A stretch of 64,000 nucleotides of DNA from the NCBI GenBank assembly GCA_017626035.1, contig JAGAJR010000016.1, positions 41,272-105,271 on the forward strand. The letters run 5' to 3'. Positions within the stretch are counted from its first letter, which is position 1. Each line of letters begins with the position of its first letter. This DNA comes from Alphaproteobacteria bacterium (GTDB lineage Bacteria; Pseudomonadota; Alphaproteobacteria; RF32; CAG-239). A model generated the notes under the pieces. That model was not told where the DNA came from. It saw nothing but the letters and a program-made list of their open reading frames with translations, and ran no database searches. This document shows, piece after piece, positions 9,099 through 18,275 of this stretch. The position numbers were made by a program, and so were the translations under genes.

Positions 9099-9661
9099 TG
9101 CTTCTGACAAACTTGCGGGATTTTGAATGGTATAATGAACCGGAAGATGTTTCTTTCGAAGAAAGGGGCATGGCTGTTTTAACCAAAAACCAAACAGATT
9201 TCTGGCAGAGCAAACACCATAATTTCAAGAAGGATGACGGACATTTTTTTTTCACGCGTCGAACCGGAAATTTTACTTTGGATGTCAAATGGATTTTTGA
9301 ACCGGAAGGCAGATTTGACCAATGCGGAATTATGGTGCGGATAGATGAGCGTAATTGGTTTAAAGCTTCCGTGATGTATGATAATCCAAGCCGTCCGATG
9401 CTGGGCTCTTGTGTAACCAACAACGGATATTCGGATTGGGCGGCACAAAAAATACCGGAAGGTGTCAGCGAAGTCTGGTATCGAGTTAAACGAAACAATG
9501 GCGATTATTTGATTTTTTACTCTTTGGACGGAGAACATTTTGAACAAATCCGTTTGTTGCATTTAATTAATGATACCCCCGAAGTAAAAGCCGGAGCCTA
9601 TACCTGTTCTCCACAGCGGGGCGGTGTTGAGGCCGTTCTGACGAAGCTGGAATTCTCCTGA
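9098..9661 (+). CDS. DUF1349-family protein (concanavalin-like fold)
   Basis: 187 aa. W.NEP...........L....TDFW and FDQCGIMVRIDE..W.K blocks are typical of DUF1349. ATG overlaps the upstream stop (TAATG). Confidence 0.7.
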   Translation: MLLTNLRDFEWYNEPEDVSFEERGMAVLTKNQTDFWQSKHHNFKKDDGHFFFTRRTGNFTLDVKWIFEPEGRFDQCGIMVRIDERNWFKASVMYDNPSRPMLGSCVTNNGYSDWAAQKIPEGVSEVWYRVKRNNGDYLIFYSLDGEHFEQIRLLHLINDTPEVKAGAYTCSPQRGGVEAVLTKLEFS

Positions 9662-9825
9662 GTTTTGTCTATTTTCTCTATTGCTCCCATATGAAAAATA
9701 TGATACTATAAATGGTATGAGAAATATTATTATGGAAACTTTTATATGGGTGTGATTTATCAGCCGGTTTTCATAATAATATTTTTCTTTTCACGAGAAT
9801 ATAAAATAACTAAACAATAATAATT

Positions 9826-10308
9826 ATGAAAACAAAAAAAAATTTATGGGTGATTTTGGGTATGGTAGCAGGGATCTTGTCTTCTTGCTCTGATGTGCAA
9901 GACTACGAGTATGTTGAAACCGTCAAAATAGAAACTATTCTTTCCCATAATAGTTCAGGTGGTTGTGCTAGTAGTTTCATATTTGTAAACAACACCCCAA
10001 TCTTTATGAATACGGAGCTTCCAGGTGATAACTTTAATGTTTTAGTCTATATGAAAAACAATGAAGTAAAAACAGTGGAACTCGCTTCTACAGAAGATAA
10101 AGCTTTCCGTCTTAAAGAGTTTCATCCGGGAGACGAAGTGCTTTTATATAAAAGAGATGGGAATTATTACATTGCCAGCGAAAAAATAACGTCGGAAAAT
10201 GTAAATAGAGAAAATAGAGAAGACATTGTTTTCCGTCTTTTAATGATGGCTTTAATAATAGCTCTATTTGCACCGATAATAGCAGTGTGTAGGCCATCGT
10301 ATCATTAA
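9826..10308 (+). CDS. Hypothetical lipoprotein with C-terminal TM helix
   Basis: 160 aa. Lipobox GILSSCS and a C-terminal hydrophobic segment LLMMALIIALFAPIIAV. The gene is flanked by AT-rich non-coding DNA next to the tRNA-fragment region. Confidence 0.5.
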   Translation: MKTKKNLWVILGMVAGILSSCSDVQDYEYVETVKIETILSHNSSGGCASSFIFVNNTPIFMNTELPGDNFNVLVYMKNNEVKTVELASTEDKAFRLKEFHPGDEVLLYKRDGNYYIASEKITSENVNRENREDIVFRLLMMALIIALFAPIIAVCRPSYH

Positions 10309-10432
10309 AATAGAAATTCTCCAGTTTACCGGGAGGATTTCAGCGAAGTATGTAAAAAAAATAGCCACTCCTGCCGGGGTGGTTATTTTTTTACAAAAAA
10401 CATAAAGTGATGGTTCTGTTTGAATAATGGAT

Positions 10433-10452
10433 TTTTAATAAAAAGTCTGGCG
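10433..10452. repeat. Duplicate of the tRNA-Arg terminator plus the last 5 nt of the tRNA
   Basis: TTTTAATAAAAAGTCTGGCG at 10433-10452 is identical to 10751-10770, which spans the terminator hairpin and 3' terminus of the intact tRNA. Confidence 0.8.
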
Positions 10453-10570
10453 GTCTTGCTGCGTAAGTTTCGCTTATTTTAAAAGCTCAACAACTTCGCT
10501 TCGGTCAAAGACATCTTAAACTCTCTTCGCGTCGCTGCCGCTGGCTCGTTCGTTAACTATGTCTATTTAC

Positions 10571-10610
10571 GCCATAAAAAAACACCCGTCTTAGGGTGTT
10601 TTTTTATGGC
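10571..10610. terminator. 17-bp perfect inverted repeat (terminator-like hairpin) abutting a tRNA 3' fragment
   Basis: GCCATAAAAAAACACCC (10571-10587) and GGGTGTTTTTTTATGGC (10594-10610) with a 6-nt loop. No ORF lies nearby. Confidence 0.6.
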
Positions 10611-10621
10611 GTCCCCGAGAG
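10607..10621 (-). repeat. Displaced copy of the tRNA-Arg 3' end (att-like fragment)
   Basis: TGGCGTCCCCGAGAG at 10607-10621 is identical to 10766-10780, the 3' acceptor/T-arm end of the intact tRNA. Confidence 0.8.
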
Positions 10622-10765
10622 AACCGCTAAGCAAAAATAATCAGGAGATTATTTTTGTCTGCAAGGTCTTTGAAAATCTTGTTGAGCAAGGGAAAAAATG
10701 ACCGCAGCGAAACTAGATACCAAAGTGATAGTCCGCTCCGGATGACAGACTTTTAATAAAAAGTC

Positions 10766-10842
<77 letters not shown>

Positions 10843-10868
10843 ACGCAAAAAATTGATTAGCACATGAA

Positions 10869-11990
10869 TTATTTTTTTGCAAGCTTTTCCAAAAATTTAA
10901 TTTGGATGTCCGCAATTTTTTTCACGGAATCTATTTCCACATATTCATTTTTTGCGTGCATTCCGTCGCCTGTTCCCGAATGCATGATAACTGTTGAACC
11001 TTTAACGGCAAAAGACCGGGAATCCGTTGCTCCGCCGATTTGTTCAAATTCAATTTCCCGTCCGAGAATATGTTCTGCAAACTTTTTATAATCCTGAATA
11101 TACGGATTGTTTGGGTCCATAACTACCGGCGTGCTGGAGGAAACGATTTTATAAGTAACGCCGTCAACCATACATTTCTGTAAGTTTTTTTCCAGATTTT
11201 CTACCGAGGAATCTTCCGTTAAGCGGAAATCAAGCAAGGCTTCGGCATAATTTGAAATAACATTGGCAACATCTCCGCCGGAGATTTTGGCAAAATGCAC
11301 GGTATCAATCCATGTATTGTCAGGCATCGGCTGTTCTTTTGAAAAGTAAGGATAAATTTTGCGGATATTTACCCAGGTTTGCATGAGTTTTTCGTTGGCG
11401 TCTATGCCGTCCCAAGGGGTTGAACCGTGAGCTTCCTTGCCTTCAGAGATGAGTTTGACAAATACCGGGTTTTTACATTTGTTGACGATTTTCAAAATAT
11501 CGCCGCCGACGTCGTTATCCAAAACGATTTTTGCGGAAATATCCGGATGAGCGTCCATAAAAGCGTGCGTTCCGGCACTGCCTTTTTCTTCATCGGTAGA
11601 AAGGATGATGCCGAATTTTAAATCAAGGTTGTTTTCCAAAACATAAAACATCGAATTAAAAGCAACGGCTGCAAAAGACTTCATATCCAGTGTTCCGCGT
11701 CCGATCATGCGTAAACCTTCGATTTTAGGTTCAAACATATGGTCTTCGGCAGGAACGACATCTAAATGCCCTAAAATGACAACATCGAAATCTTCAACGT
11801 CATGGTTACGGATAAAAAGAACCGGGGCAATGTTGTCTTTTCGGAAAACATCGATTTTAGCGGATGTTCCGGCAAATAAGTTTTTGCAGTATTCCAAGCA
11901 TTGATTGATTTCTTTGGTGTTGCCTGTTTCTGTTCTGAATCTGATGAGGTCGCTTACGGTATTTATTAAATCCATTTTCTTATCTTTCAA
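10869..11990 (-). CDS. M20-family metallopeptidase/deacylase (ArgE/DapE-like)
   Basis: 373 aa. GHLDVVP, STDEEKGS and EAHGS motifs are characteristic of the M20 family. Confidence 0.8.
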   Translation of the reverse strand: MKDKKMDLINTVSDLIRFRTETGNTKEINQCLEYCKNLFAGTSAKIDVFRKDNIAPVLFIRNHDVEDFDVVILGHLDVVPAEDHMFEPKIEGLRMIGRGTLDMKSFAAVAFNSMFYVLENNLDLKFGIILSTDEEKGSAGTHAFMDAHPDISAKIVLDNDVGGDILKIVNKCKNPVFVKLISEGKEAHGSTPWDGIDANEKLMQTWVNIRKIYPYFSKEQPMPDNTWIDTVHFAKISGGDVANVISNYAEALLDFRLTEDSSVENLEKNLQKCMVDGVTYKIVSSSTPVVMDPNNPYIQDYKKFAEHILGREIEFEQIGGATDSRSFAVKGSTVIMHSGTGDGMHAKNEYVEIDSVKKIADIQIKFLEKLAKK

Positions 11991-12075
11991 AATTTTACGT
12001 TTTATTCAGTTTTGTTTATTATATTTAATAATAATATCGCTGAATAAAATAATAAATAATTAAAAGGGAACAAAA

Positions 12076-12582
12076 ATGAAGGCAGTTTTTTGGGGATTTT
12101 TAAGTGCTGTTCTGTTGGTTGGCAATGTATTTGCCCAAGAGGCGGAAGAGGGCGAAGAAACGGGCCTGGCTTTGCCGAGAATGGTTTCTTTGCGTTCCAA
12201 TTTAATCAATGCCCGTTCCGGCCCGGGAGCCCGTTACCCGATAGAATGGGTATATATGCAAAAGACCGCTCCGGTGGAAATTGTTGCCGAATTTGAATTA
12301 TGGCGAAAAATCAAAGATTGGGAAGGTTCTGAATCTTGGGTTCATAAATCTATGCTTTCCGGACGTCGTTCCGTTAAAGTAACCACTCCCGGCGAAAACA
12401 ATATCTATGACAAACCGGAATATAATTCCAAAGTTATTGCCAAAGTTGAAGACGAAGTGGTCGGAGACGTAAAAAAATGCCCGGCCGGAAGTGATTTCTG
12501 TCTGGTTGGCTTTGGAAATATTGAAGGCTGGATATCTAAGAATAATTTATATGGAATTTATCCGAGAGAAGTTATTGAGTAA
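12076..12582 (+). CDS. SH3-like domain protein (DUF1058 family)
   Basis: Signal peptide followed by LPRMVSLRSNLINARSGPGARYPIEWVYMQKTAPVEIVAEFELWRKIKDWEGSESWVHKSML. This is the conserved alphaproteobacterial DUF1058 pattern. Confidence 0.75.
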   Translation: MKAVFWGFLSAVLLVGNVFAQEAEEGEETGLALPRMVSLRSNLINARSGPGARYPIEWVYMQKTAPVEIVAEFELWRKIKDWEGSESWVHKSMLSGRRSVKVTTPGENNIYDKPEYNSKVIAKVEDEVVGDVKKCPAGSDFCLVGFGNIEGWISKNNLYGIYPREVIE

Positions 12583-12583
12583 T

Positions 12584-12614
12584 AAAAAACCCCGTGTTGA
12601 ACGGGGTTTTTTTT
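12584..12614. terminator. Bidirectional rho-independent terminator between convergent genes
   Basis: AAAAACCCCGT - loop - ACGGGGTTTTT, flanked by A and T runs. It sits between the stop at 12582 (+) and the stop at 12619 (-). Confidence 0.8.
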
Positions 12615-12618
12615 AGAA

Positions 12619-14007
12619 TTATTCACCGGATTTGATTTTTTCAATCAATTCCTTAACCGAAGGAATACCGTTGCGATACAAAGGATCTGTTGCAAAACGG
12701 TAAACCTGATGTCCGGCAAACAGCAGATTATCTTTAATGCTGCCGTTATGTCCAACATCATATAAGGTTTTATGAATACAATAAGAACGCGGATCTGGAA
12801 GCCGTCCGGTTGTTCCGTTTGCTTTCGACCAAGTGGAGAATTGGCATTGAGACAAACATCCGACACACTCGGCCCTGTCGATTTTCATTTGTTTCCAATC
12901 TTCAGGAGTCATAAAGACAATAGTGTTGTCCGGCGTTTCTTTAATCTCTGTTAATCCTGCTGAAATCTGCTGTTCGGCTTTTCCGGCATCTTCCGGACGA
13001 ATATAAATCGTTTTGGTTTCACTCATTTCCAACGGATGTGAAAATTCGCTGTTTTGCTCTGTTGAAAAAGCAATTTCCCCATCTTTGCGGGAAATAAGTT
13101 TTTCCAAAAACGTATTTTTAATTGCGGAAGAAAAGAAACCTGTCGGGCTGAATTTCTGCAAAATAACATCACCCTTTTTCAAATTGAGCATCAGTTTTTT
13201 CCAAGCGTCGCTGATAGGGCTTTCTTTGGTAATCATCGGACGAGTGCCGAATTGGAAGGCGATTTTTCCGATATCCGGGTTGTCGATATAATCCTGCCAG
13301 TCTTTTAAAGACCAGACACCACCGGCCAAAATAATCGGAATATTGTCCAAACCGATTTTATTCATAACGGAACGCAGTTCAACCAAACGGCTGTAAGGGC
13401 TCTGCGGTTGGGCAGGGTCTTCAGCATTGGACAGCCCGTTATGTCCGCCGGCCAGCCACGGATCTTCATAAACCACACCGCCGAGAAACTCTTTAAAGTT
13501 GGCATAAGCTCTTTTCCACAAAACCTGAAAAGCACGGGCAGAAGAAACGATAGGGTAATAATAAACCCCGAATTTGGAAGCCAATGCTCCCAAATGATAA
13601 GGCAGCCCGGCACCGCAGGTAACACCATGGATTAAACCTTTGGCACGTTCCAAAACACCGGTCAAAATTCGTTCGGAATCAGCCAGTTCCCATAGCATAT
13701 TCATATGAATACGGCCTTTTCCGTTAGAAACTTCGTGAGCAACCTGAGCTTGGGCAACCCCGCCGCGAATGGCATATTCAACCATTTCTTCATGGCGTTC
13801 TTGACGAAGCTTCTTTGAGAATTTTTCAATAATGACATTTCCCATATTATCATAGAAGTCAGGGCTGACGCCGGAGAAGGTTCCGACGCAGTTTTCTGCC
13901 GCCCAGGCACCGGAGCTGCGTCCGTCGCTGGCGTTAATCCCTTTTCCGCCTTCAATCAGCGGTAAAACTTCCTTTCCGGAAATCATAATTGGATTTAATT
14001 GTTTCAC
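12619..14007 (-). CDS. Nitronate monooxygenase / NAD(P)H-dependent flavin oxidoreductase family protein (long form)
   Basis: 462 aa. TIM-barrel FMN enzyme pattern (GVTCGAGLP, IPIILAGGVW) with a C-terminal extension carrying a CVGC..C Cys cluster. Confidence 0.65.
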   Translation of the reverse strand: MKQLNPIMISGKEVLPLIEGGKGINASDGRSSGAWAAENCVGTFSGVSPDFYDNMGNVIIEKFSKKLRQERHEEMVEYAIRGGVAQAQVAHEVSNGKGRIHMNMLWELADSERILTGVLERAKGLIHGVTCGAGLPYHLGALASKFGVYYYPIVSSARAFQVLWKRAYANFKEFLGGVVYEDPWLAGGHNGLSNAEDPAQPQSPYSRLVELRSVMNKIGLDNIPIILAGGVWSLKDWQDYIDNPDIGKIAFQFGTRPMITKESPISDAWKKLMLNLKKGDVILQKFSPTGFFSSAIKNTFLEKLISRKDGEIAFSTEQNSEFSHPLEMSETKTIYIRPEDAGKAEQQISAGLTEIKETPDNTIVFMTPEDWKQMKIDRAECVGCLSQCQFSTWSKANGTTGRLPDPRSYCIHKTLYDVGHNGSIKDNLLFAGHQVYRFATDPLYRNGIPSVKELIEKIKSGE

Positions 14008-14100
14008 TGTTTTTTTCCTTAATAGCTATTAAACGAAGAAAATGTAACATAAAATATTTTATTTGTAGAGAAAAAAATAACAAATGTTACATTATAAAAT

Positions 14101-15558
14101 TTATCTGGTTAAAGATAACAGATTTTGCGGAATGTCGTTTATTGAGACCAAAGCGATGATAATGCAGATAAGGGCATAAACCTGTAACATTTGCGTCAGG
14201 GCTTTATTTTGCAGCAAAGGCACTTTTTCGGCATAAACCTTAAAAATCTTGTTAATCCCAAGCATAATAAGCGTCGTAATAATTGCCTGAAGCCCGATTC
14301 CCAGATTGATAATGCTTTCTGACATCGGAGACAGCATTTTATATAAAAAGGTAAAGAACAGCATATAAGCTGAAATTGCCGCGAGGGATATATTCTTTAT
14401 TTTATGGTTTTCAAGAGCTTTTTCTTCTTTATTTTTTTGAAGATTTTCAACCGAAAGGGAAGAAATCTCCATTCCCCGGATTTTTTGCGGGGTTTCTTTT
14501 TGTTTTCGAATATCTTTTATTGTGCCGAGAAAACGCTCTTCGGCAATACATTGTCCGCACCCCTTGGAGGTAAAATAAACATGGTTCGGATTCTTTTTAC
14601 AGGTTTTCATATTATGCAGCAGATGCCATAAATGATCCTGCCACTCTTTAGCGGTCGGACGGTTTTGCCCTTTAACAAAAGCCCGTTCAAAAAGTTCGAG
14701 GGTTTTCTTGTCAAAATATTCATGCAGGCTGTAAGGGTGCGGGGCTTGGTAGATGTCCGGCCACAATCCGTAAGCGTAATGATATTGTTCTATACGGTTT
14801 TGAATTGTCAGCATATCGCCGTCATTTTTGCGAGGTACGCCGGAAAAAGGATGAATGCCGTTGTTTAATAATTTGAAGATGATGACGGCCAGAGCAAACT
14901 TATCCTGTTCCTCGCCCATTTCTTCGCAGGAAAGTTCCATTCCCTCGGGATAGATATATTCTTCACTGACAAATTCCGCCGGATAGCGGTTTTTTTCGCC
15001 CTGAATGGAAAAACCGTCGCAGTCAACCATTGCCACCATCATTGTTTCTTTGTAAACGGAAACGTTGGACGGTTTAAGATCGACAATATAGTGCCCGCAT
15101 TTGTGCAATGCCGCTACCATGGATGTAACATTGTAGGCGGCATAAATACGGTAAGCATATTTTTCCGATAATTGCAGCTTTTTACGAATGGCTTTTTGCA
15201 TAAGGTGGTCGAGAGAGACCGCCTCGCTCATATTGATAAGCGGCATGGTATAACCGACACAAAATCCGGCTTCGTCTTCAAGGATGGCTTCCGGCCAGGC
15301 AATCTGAACATATTCCACACCGTCTTTAAGAGCAGGGGGAAAAATCGGACGGTTTAGAAGCATTGCTTCCAGTTTCTGGCGGTTGGAACTGCTTTTGCTG
15401 CGTTTATGAAAAATTTTGATAACGCTGTTGGGATGATTTTGGTTAAGATAAATCTTTCCGGCGGCTCCGCCTTTGTTGATGAGCAGCCCTAATCGGACTT
15501 TTTCAAAATGTCCGTCTCCATAGATAGCGTTATAAAAAACCGGTTCCGTATTTTCCAT
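14101..15558 (-). CDS. Membrane-anchored Ser/Thr protein kinase (TerY-P triad kinase)
   Basis: Hanks-type catalytic loop IVDLKPSNV, DFG-like DCDGF, and an N-terminal GGAAGKIY...VIKIF ATP-site region. There is a Cys ribbon CKKNPNHVYFTSKGCGQC and about three C-terminal TM helices. The track start is 15573, but the internal ATG at 15558 overlaps the PP2C stop as TAATG. Confidence 0.8.
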   Translation of the reverse strand: MENTEPVFYNAIYGDGHFEKVRLGLLINKGGAAGKIYLNQNHPNSVIKIFHKRSKSSSNRQKLEAMLLNRPIFPPALKDGVEYVQIAWPEAILEDEAGFCVGYTMPLINMSEAVSLDHLMQKAIRKKLQLSEKYAYRIYAAYNVTSMVAALHKCGHYIVDLKPSNVSVYKETMMVAMVDCDGFSIQGEKNRYPAEFVSEEYIYPEGMELSCEEMGEEQDKFALAVIIFKLLNNGIHPFSGVPRKNDGDMLTIQNRIEQYHYAYGLWPDIYQAPHPYSLHEYFDKKTLELFERAFVKGQNRPTAKEWQDHLWHLLHNMKTCKKNPNHVYFTSKGCGQCIAEERFLGTIKDIRKQKETPQKIRGMEISSLSVENLQKNKEEKALENHKIKNISLAAISAYMLFFTFLYKMLSPMSESIINLGIGLQAIITTLIMLGINKIFKVYAEKVPLLQNKALTQMLQVYALICIIIALVSINDIPQNLLSLTR

Positions 15559-16307
15559 TACATTTTGACCCATAAAAGCGTTTTGTCGTCAGAATTCAGT
15601 TTTTTTGCTTTCGGCGTATTAAAAGTGTTGTTTAAGGCCCGGACAGCTTTGTTTTTGCAGGGTTCGTTCATCAAAAAATCATTAATCGGGAAAATAAATC
15701 CCTTTTCCAGTTTGGAAAAATCATTTGAAAAGGCAAAATTGGTCAACCCGTCGCTCATCAAAAAAACAGTATCGGGTTTTTCAAAGCTGGTAAAACGTAA
15801 AAAATCTTTCCAATCATCCATGGTATAAAAGAATGTTTCGCAGGCAAACAAGCCGTTATGCGGGCGGGAGACAATAAATTCGTTATTGTTTTCAGTATCA
15901 ATGGCCAATGCGGCACCGTCTCCGATATGGAAAAACAATCCTTGCTTTTTGTCGGAAACATAACCGACGATTGTGGCGGCAAAGTCAGTTATTCCTTCTT
16001 CGTTTTTGGTCTTGTTCAAGCGGTGTCGGAGCAGTTTCCCTCTGGCAATTTCGATTGCCTCAACGATTCGCTCTTTAATATTTTTGAAGGGGATATTTTC
16101 CAGCAAATCAATCATTGTCTCACAAATAATGCGGGCTCCGATTTTTCCGTATTTGGCGGAACCGGCTCCGTCAGAGACGATGGCGACAAAGTTTTTGCCT
16201 TTATCGGAATAGCGGCAATAATCCTGACACGGCATTTTTTTTGTCTCGTGCAGAGGGCCGATAATACTGGTTGCAACGACCTTTATGTTTTTTTTCTTAT
16301 TCTTCAT
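15558..16307 (-). CDS. PP2C-family Ser/Thr phosphatase (TerY-P triad phosphatase)
   Basis: Blocks G.LHETKKMPCQDY, VAIVSDGAGSA, FFHIGDGA and VFLMSDG fit PP2C metal-binding motifs. The likely start MKNKKKNIK at 16307 overlaps the vWA stop by 11 nt; the track start is 16343. Confidence 0.8.
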   Translation of the reverse strand: MKNKKKNIKVVATSIIGPLHETKKMPCQDYCRYSDKGKNFVAIVSDGAGSAKYGKIGARIICETMIDLLENIPFKNIKERIVEAIEIARGKLLRHRLNKTKNEEGITDFAATIVGYVSDKKQGLFFHIGDGAALAIDTENNNEFIVSRPHNGLFACETFFYTMDDWKDFLRFTSFEKPDTVFLMSDGLTNFAFSNDFSKLEKGFIFPINDFLMNEPCKNKAVRALNNTFNTPKAKKLNSDDKTLLWVKM

Positions 16308-16983
16308 CCCAATCGCCTGTATCTTCAAGTAAGTCCGGAACATTCGGAGCGGCTTTGGAAATGCAGGATACGCTTCGGCTGAGCCATAAGAAAAATTCTG
16401 TAAACTTCAGTCCGGTCAACCGTTTTGGCGACATAATGGAAAACTTGGCCAACTTGTCAAGGTTAGCACCCTGAGTACCGACGGCATGAACGACAACCTT
16501 TTTGTTTTGTTGGGCAAGACGGCATTTTTTTGCAATAATTTCCCAGTCATAATCGGTAGGCTCTCCGTCGCTGATTAAGAAAATCCATGGGCGTTTGGAT
16601 GTAATGCCGCAGCTGTCGTAAAGGCATTTTTGCTCTTCAATTTTCTGCAAGGCGAGTTCCATGGCTTTTCCGAGCGGGGTCAAGCCGCCGGCTTCCATGG
16701 TCGGAGCGGTAAAGTTCATGGCGTCAATCCAGTCGGAAGAAATGAGAGCCTCGTCTTTGCCGAAAGCTTTGATAATAAGCAATTGCACTCTTGAACTGGC
16801 GTCAATGTCTTCCTTGAGTTCTTTTTCAAGAGCTTTCAGTCCGGCGTTAAGTTGTTTAATCGGTTCGCCCCGCATGGATCCCGAACAGTCGAGAACCAAA
16901 ACGCACGGAGTTCGTTCGTTTGCGTTGTCGGCAAACTCAACATAAGGAATCATATCTTCTTGAAAATCATCATCAGCAGCCAT
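16297..16983 (-). CDS. vWA-domain protein, TerY-like
   Basis: MIDAS motif LVLDCSGSM, then PWIFLISDGEPTD and the TerY-type C-terminal FTEFFLWLSRSVS. Strong SD (AAGGAG) precedes the ATG at 16983. Confidence 0.85.
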   Translation of the reverse strand: MAADDDFQEDMIPYVEFADNANERTPCVLVLDCSGSMRGEPIKQLNAGLKALEKELKEDIDASSRVQLLIIKAFGKDEALISSDWIDAMNFTAPTMEAGGLTPLGKAMELALQKIEEQKCLYDSCGITSKRPWIFLISDGEPTDYDWEIIAKKCRLAQQNKKVVVHAVGTQGANLDKLAKFSIMSPKRLTGLKFTEFFLWLSRSVSCISKAAPNVPDLLEDTGDWDEE

Positions 16984-17000
16984 AATAAACTCCTTATTTT

Positions 17001-17135
17001 TTAGTGTCTTGGATAATCATGCGGATATCCGGTTCCTTCCAACGGAGACGGATTTGACATTTTTCCGCAGGCCGAAAGATGAATGACAGCTGCAAAAAGC
17101 AGGACAGCGGCAAAAGCTTTTATCAAATATTTCAT
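17001..17135 (-). CDS. Possible 44-aa lipoprotein (unannotated small ORF)
   Basis: Below the track cutoff. My translation is MKYLIKAFAAVLLFAAVIHLSACGKMSNPSPLEGTGYPHDYPRH, with a classical lipobox LSAC. It sits just upstream of the vWA gene on the same strand. Confidence 0.45.
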   Translation of the reverse strand: MKYLIKAFAAVLLFAAVIHLSACGKMSNPSPLEGTGYPHDYPRH

Positions 17136-17231
17136 TTTTCTTAACCTTTTCCTTGTATCAAGTAATATAATACTTATATAGTACGAAAAGCGGGTAAATA
17201 CAAAACTTAAAACTCAGTTATTAATAGGCTT

Positions 17232-17762
17232 ATGAAAAAAAATTTATACATATTTCTGACTTTGCTGTTGTTTTTGTCCGGATATGCGGGAACGGCCGCC
17301 GCAACGCTGAATCTTTACGATTCTCCGCGAGATTTGCCGGGAAAAACGATTTATGATTCTAACAATAAAAAGTTCAAGCTGAGTGATTTCAAAGGCGATT
17401 TTGTTCTGGCAGTTTTCTGGTCCAGATATTGTGCTCCCTGCCTGCGGGAAATGGACGGGTTGAACGAGTTTAGCAATAAAACAAAAGGCGACGGCATCCG
17501 GGTAATAATCATTTCTCCGTCGGGAGAATGGCAAACCACGGAAGAACGCGAACATTTGATAGAAAAATTCCATGGCGGTGATTTGGAAAGCTTTGTCGAT
17601 GTTAAAGGCGACGTGGCCGAAAGTTTGGGAATTTTCACATCTCCGAATACGGTTCTGATAAATAAGGAAGGCAAAGAAATCGGGCGTATTCGCGGAGCCG
17701 TGGAATGGGATGACGAGGATGTCATCGAATATATTTACAAAATCAAATCCCAGTATAACTAA
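17232..17762 (+). CDS. TlpA/ResA-like periplasmic thiol:disulfide oxidoreductase
   Basis: Signal peptide followed by a thioredoxin fold with WSRYCAPC (CxxC) and the downstream P.T.LI...G pattern. Confidence 0.8.
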   Translation: MKKNLYIFLTLLLFLSGYAGTAAATLNLYDSPRDLPGKTIYDSNNKKFKLSDFKGDFVLAVFWSRYCAPCLREMDGLNEFSNKTKGDGIRVIIISPSGEWQTTEEREHLIEKFHGGDLESFVDVKGDVAESLGIFTSPNTVLINKEGKEIGRIRGAVEWDDEDVIEYIYKIKSQYN

Positions 17763-17768
17763 GGAATA

Positions 17769-18200
17769 ATGATGACAAAGAAACTGTATATAAAATGGGA
17801 TGAGTTTCACAACCATGCCAAAGAACTGTGTGAAAAAATCAAACAAAGCGGAGAATATAACAAGATTGTGGCAATCAGCCGCGGCGGCCTGATACCGGCG
17901 GGAATACTGGCGTATGAACTGGATATCCGCAATTCTCAGGCAATTAATATATCCAGCTATGATGAAGACAAGCAGCGGGCTGATGAAGATATTGAAATAT
18001 TCGGAAATGTCGGCGAAGTTGATGAAAAAACGCTGATTGTGGACGACTTGTCAGATACGGGGAAAACCTTTCGTATCCTGCGGAAGATTTATCCTCAGGC
18101 AAAATATGTGGCAGTTTATGCAAAGGAAAAGGGACGCTCCGTGGTTGACATTTATGCCCGTTCAATGCCGGATGAATGGATAGTATTTCCGTGGGATTAG
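17769..18200 (+). CDS. gpt: Xanthine-guanine phosphoribosyltransferase
   Basis: 143 aa and colinear with E. coli Gpt as I recall it. Matching blocks are Y..W......A..L, IVAISRGGLIPAGILAYELDIR, the PRPP loop LIVDDLSDTGKT, and W..FPWD at the C-terminus. Confidence 0.9.
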   Translation: MMTKKLYIKWDEFHNHAKELCEKIKQSGEYNKIVAISRGGLIPAGILAYELDIRNSQAINISSYDEDKQRADEDIEIFGNVGEVDEKTLIVDDLSDTGKTFRILRKIYPQAKYVAVYAKEKGRSVVDIYARSMPDEWIVFPWD

Positions 18201-18232
18201 AGCAGACTTGTTAGCGAACCTCAACGAGACAC

Positions 18233-18262
18233 AAAAAAAGAGCCGTTATTTCGGCTCTTTTT
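18233..18262. terminator. Bidirectional terminator between gpt and the PilT-like gene
   Basis: AGAGCCG - 6 nt loop - CGGCTCT, with a preceding A-run and following T-run. Confidence 0.75.
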
Positions 18263-18275
18263 GTTTGGATGAACG

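Noticed and set aside
10320-10765. ORF-free region with tRNA-like fragments considered as tmRNA (including two-piece alphaproteobacterial ssrA)
   Set aside because: The fragments are exact copies of the tRNA-Arg 3' end, not an alanine-type acceptor (no G3:U70/GCCACCA end). I could not identify a tag reading frame or resume codon.
17244-17846. 200-aa minus-strand ORF overlapping tlpA and gpt
   Set aside because: It spans two well-supported plus-strand genes (CxxC thioredoxin fold and gpt) and has no motifs of its own.
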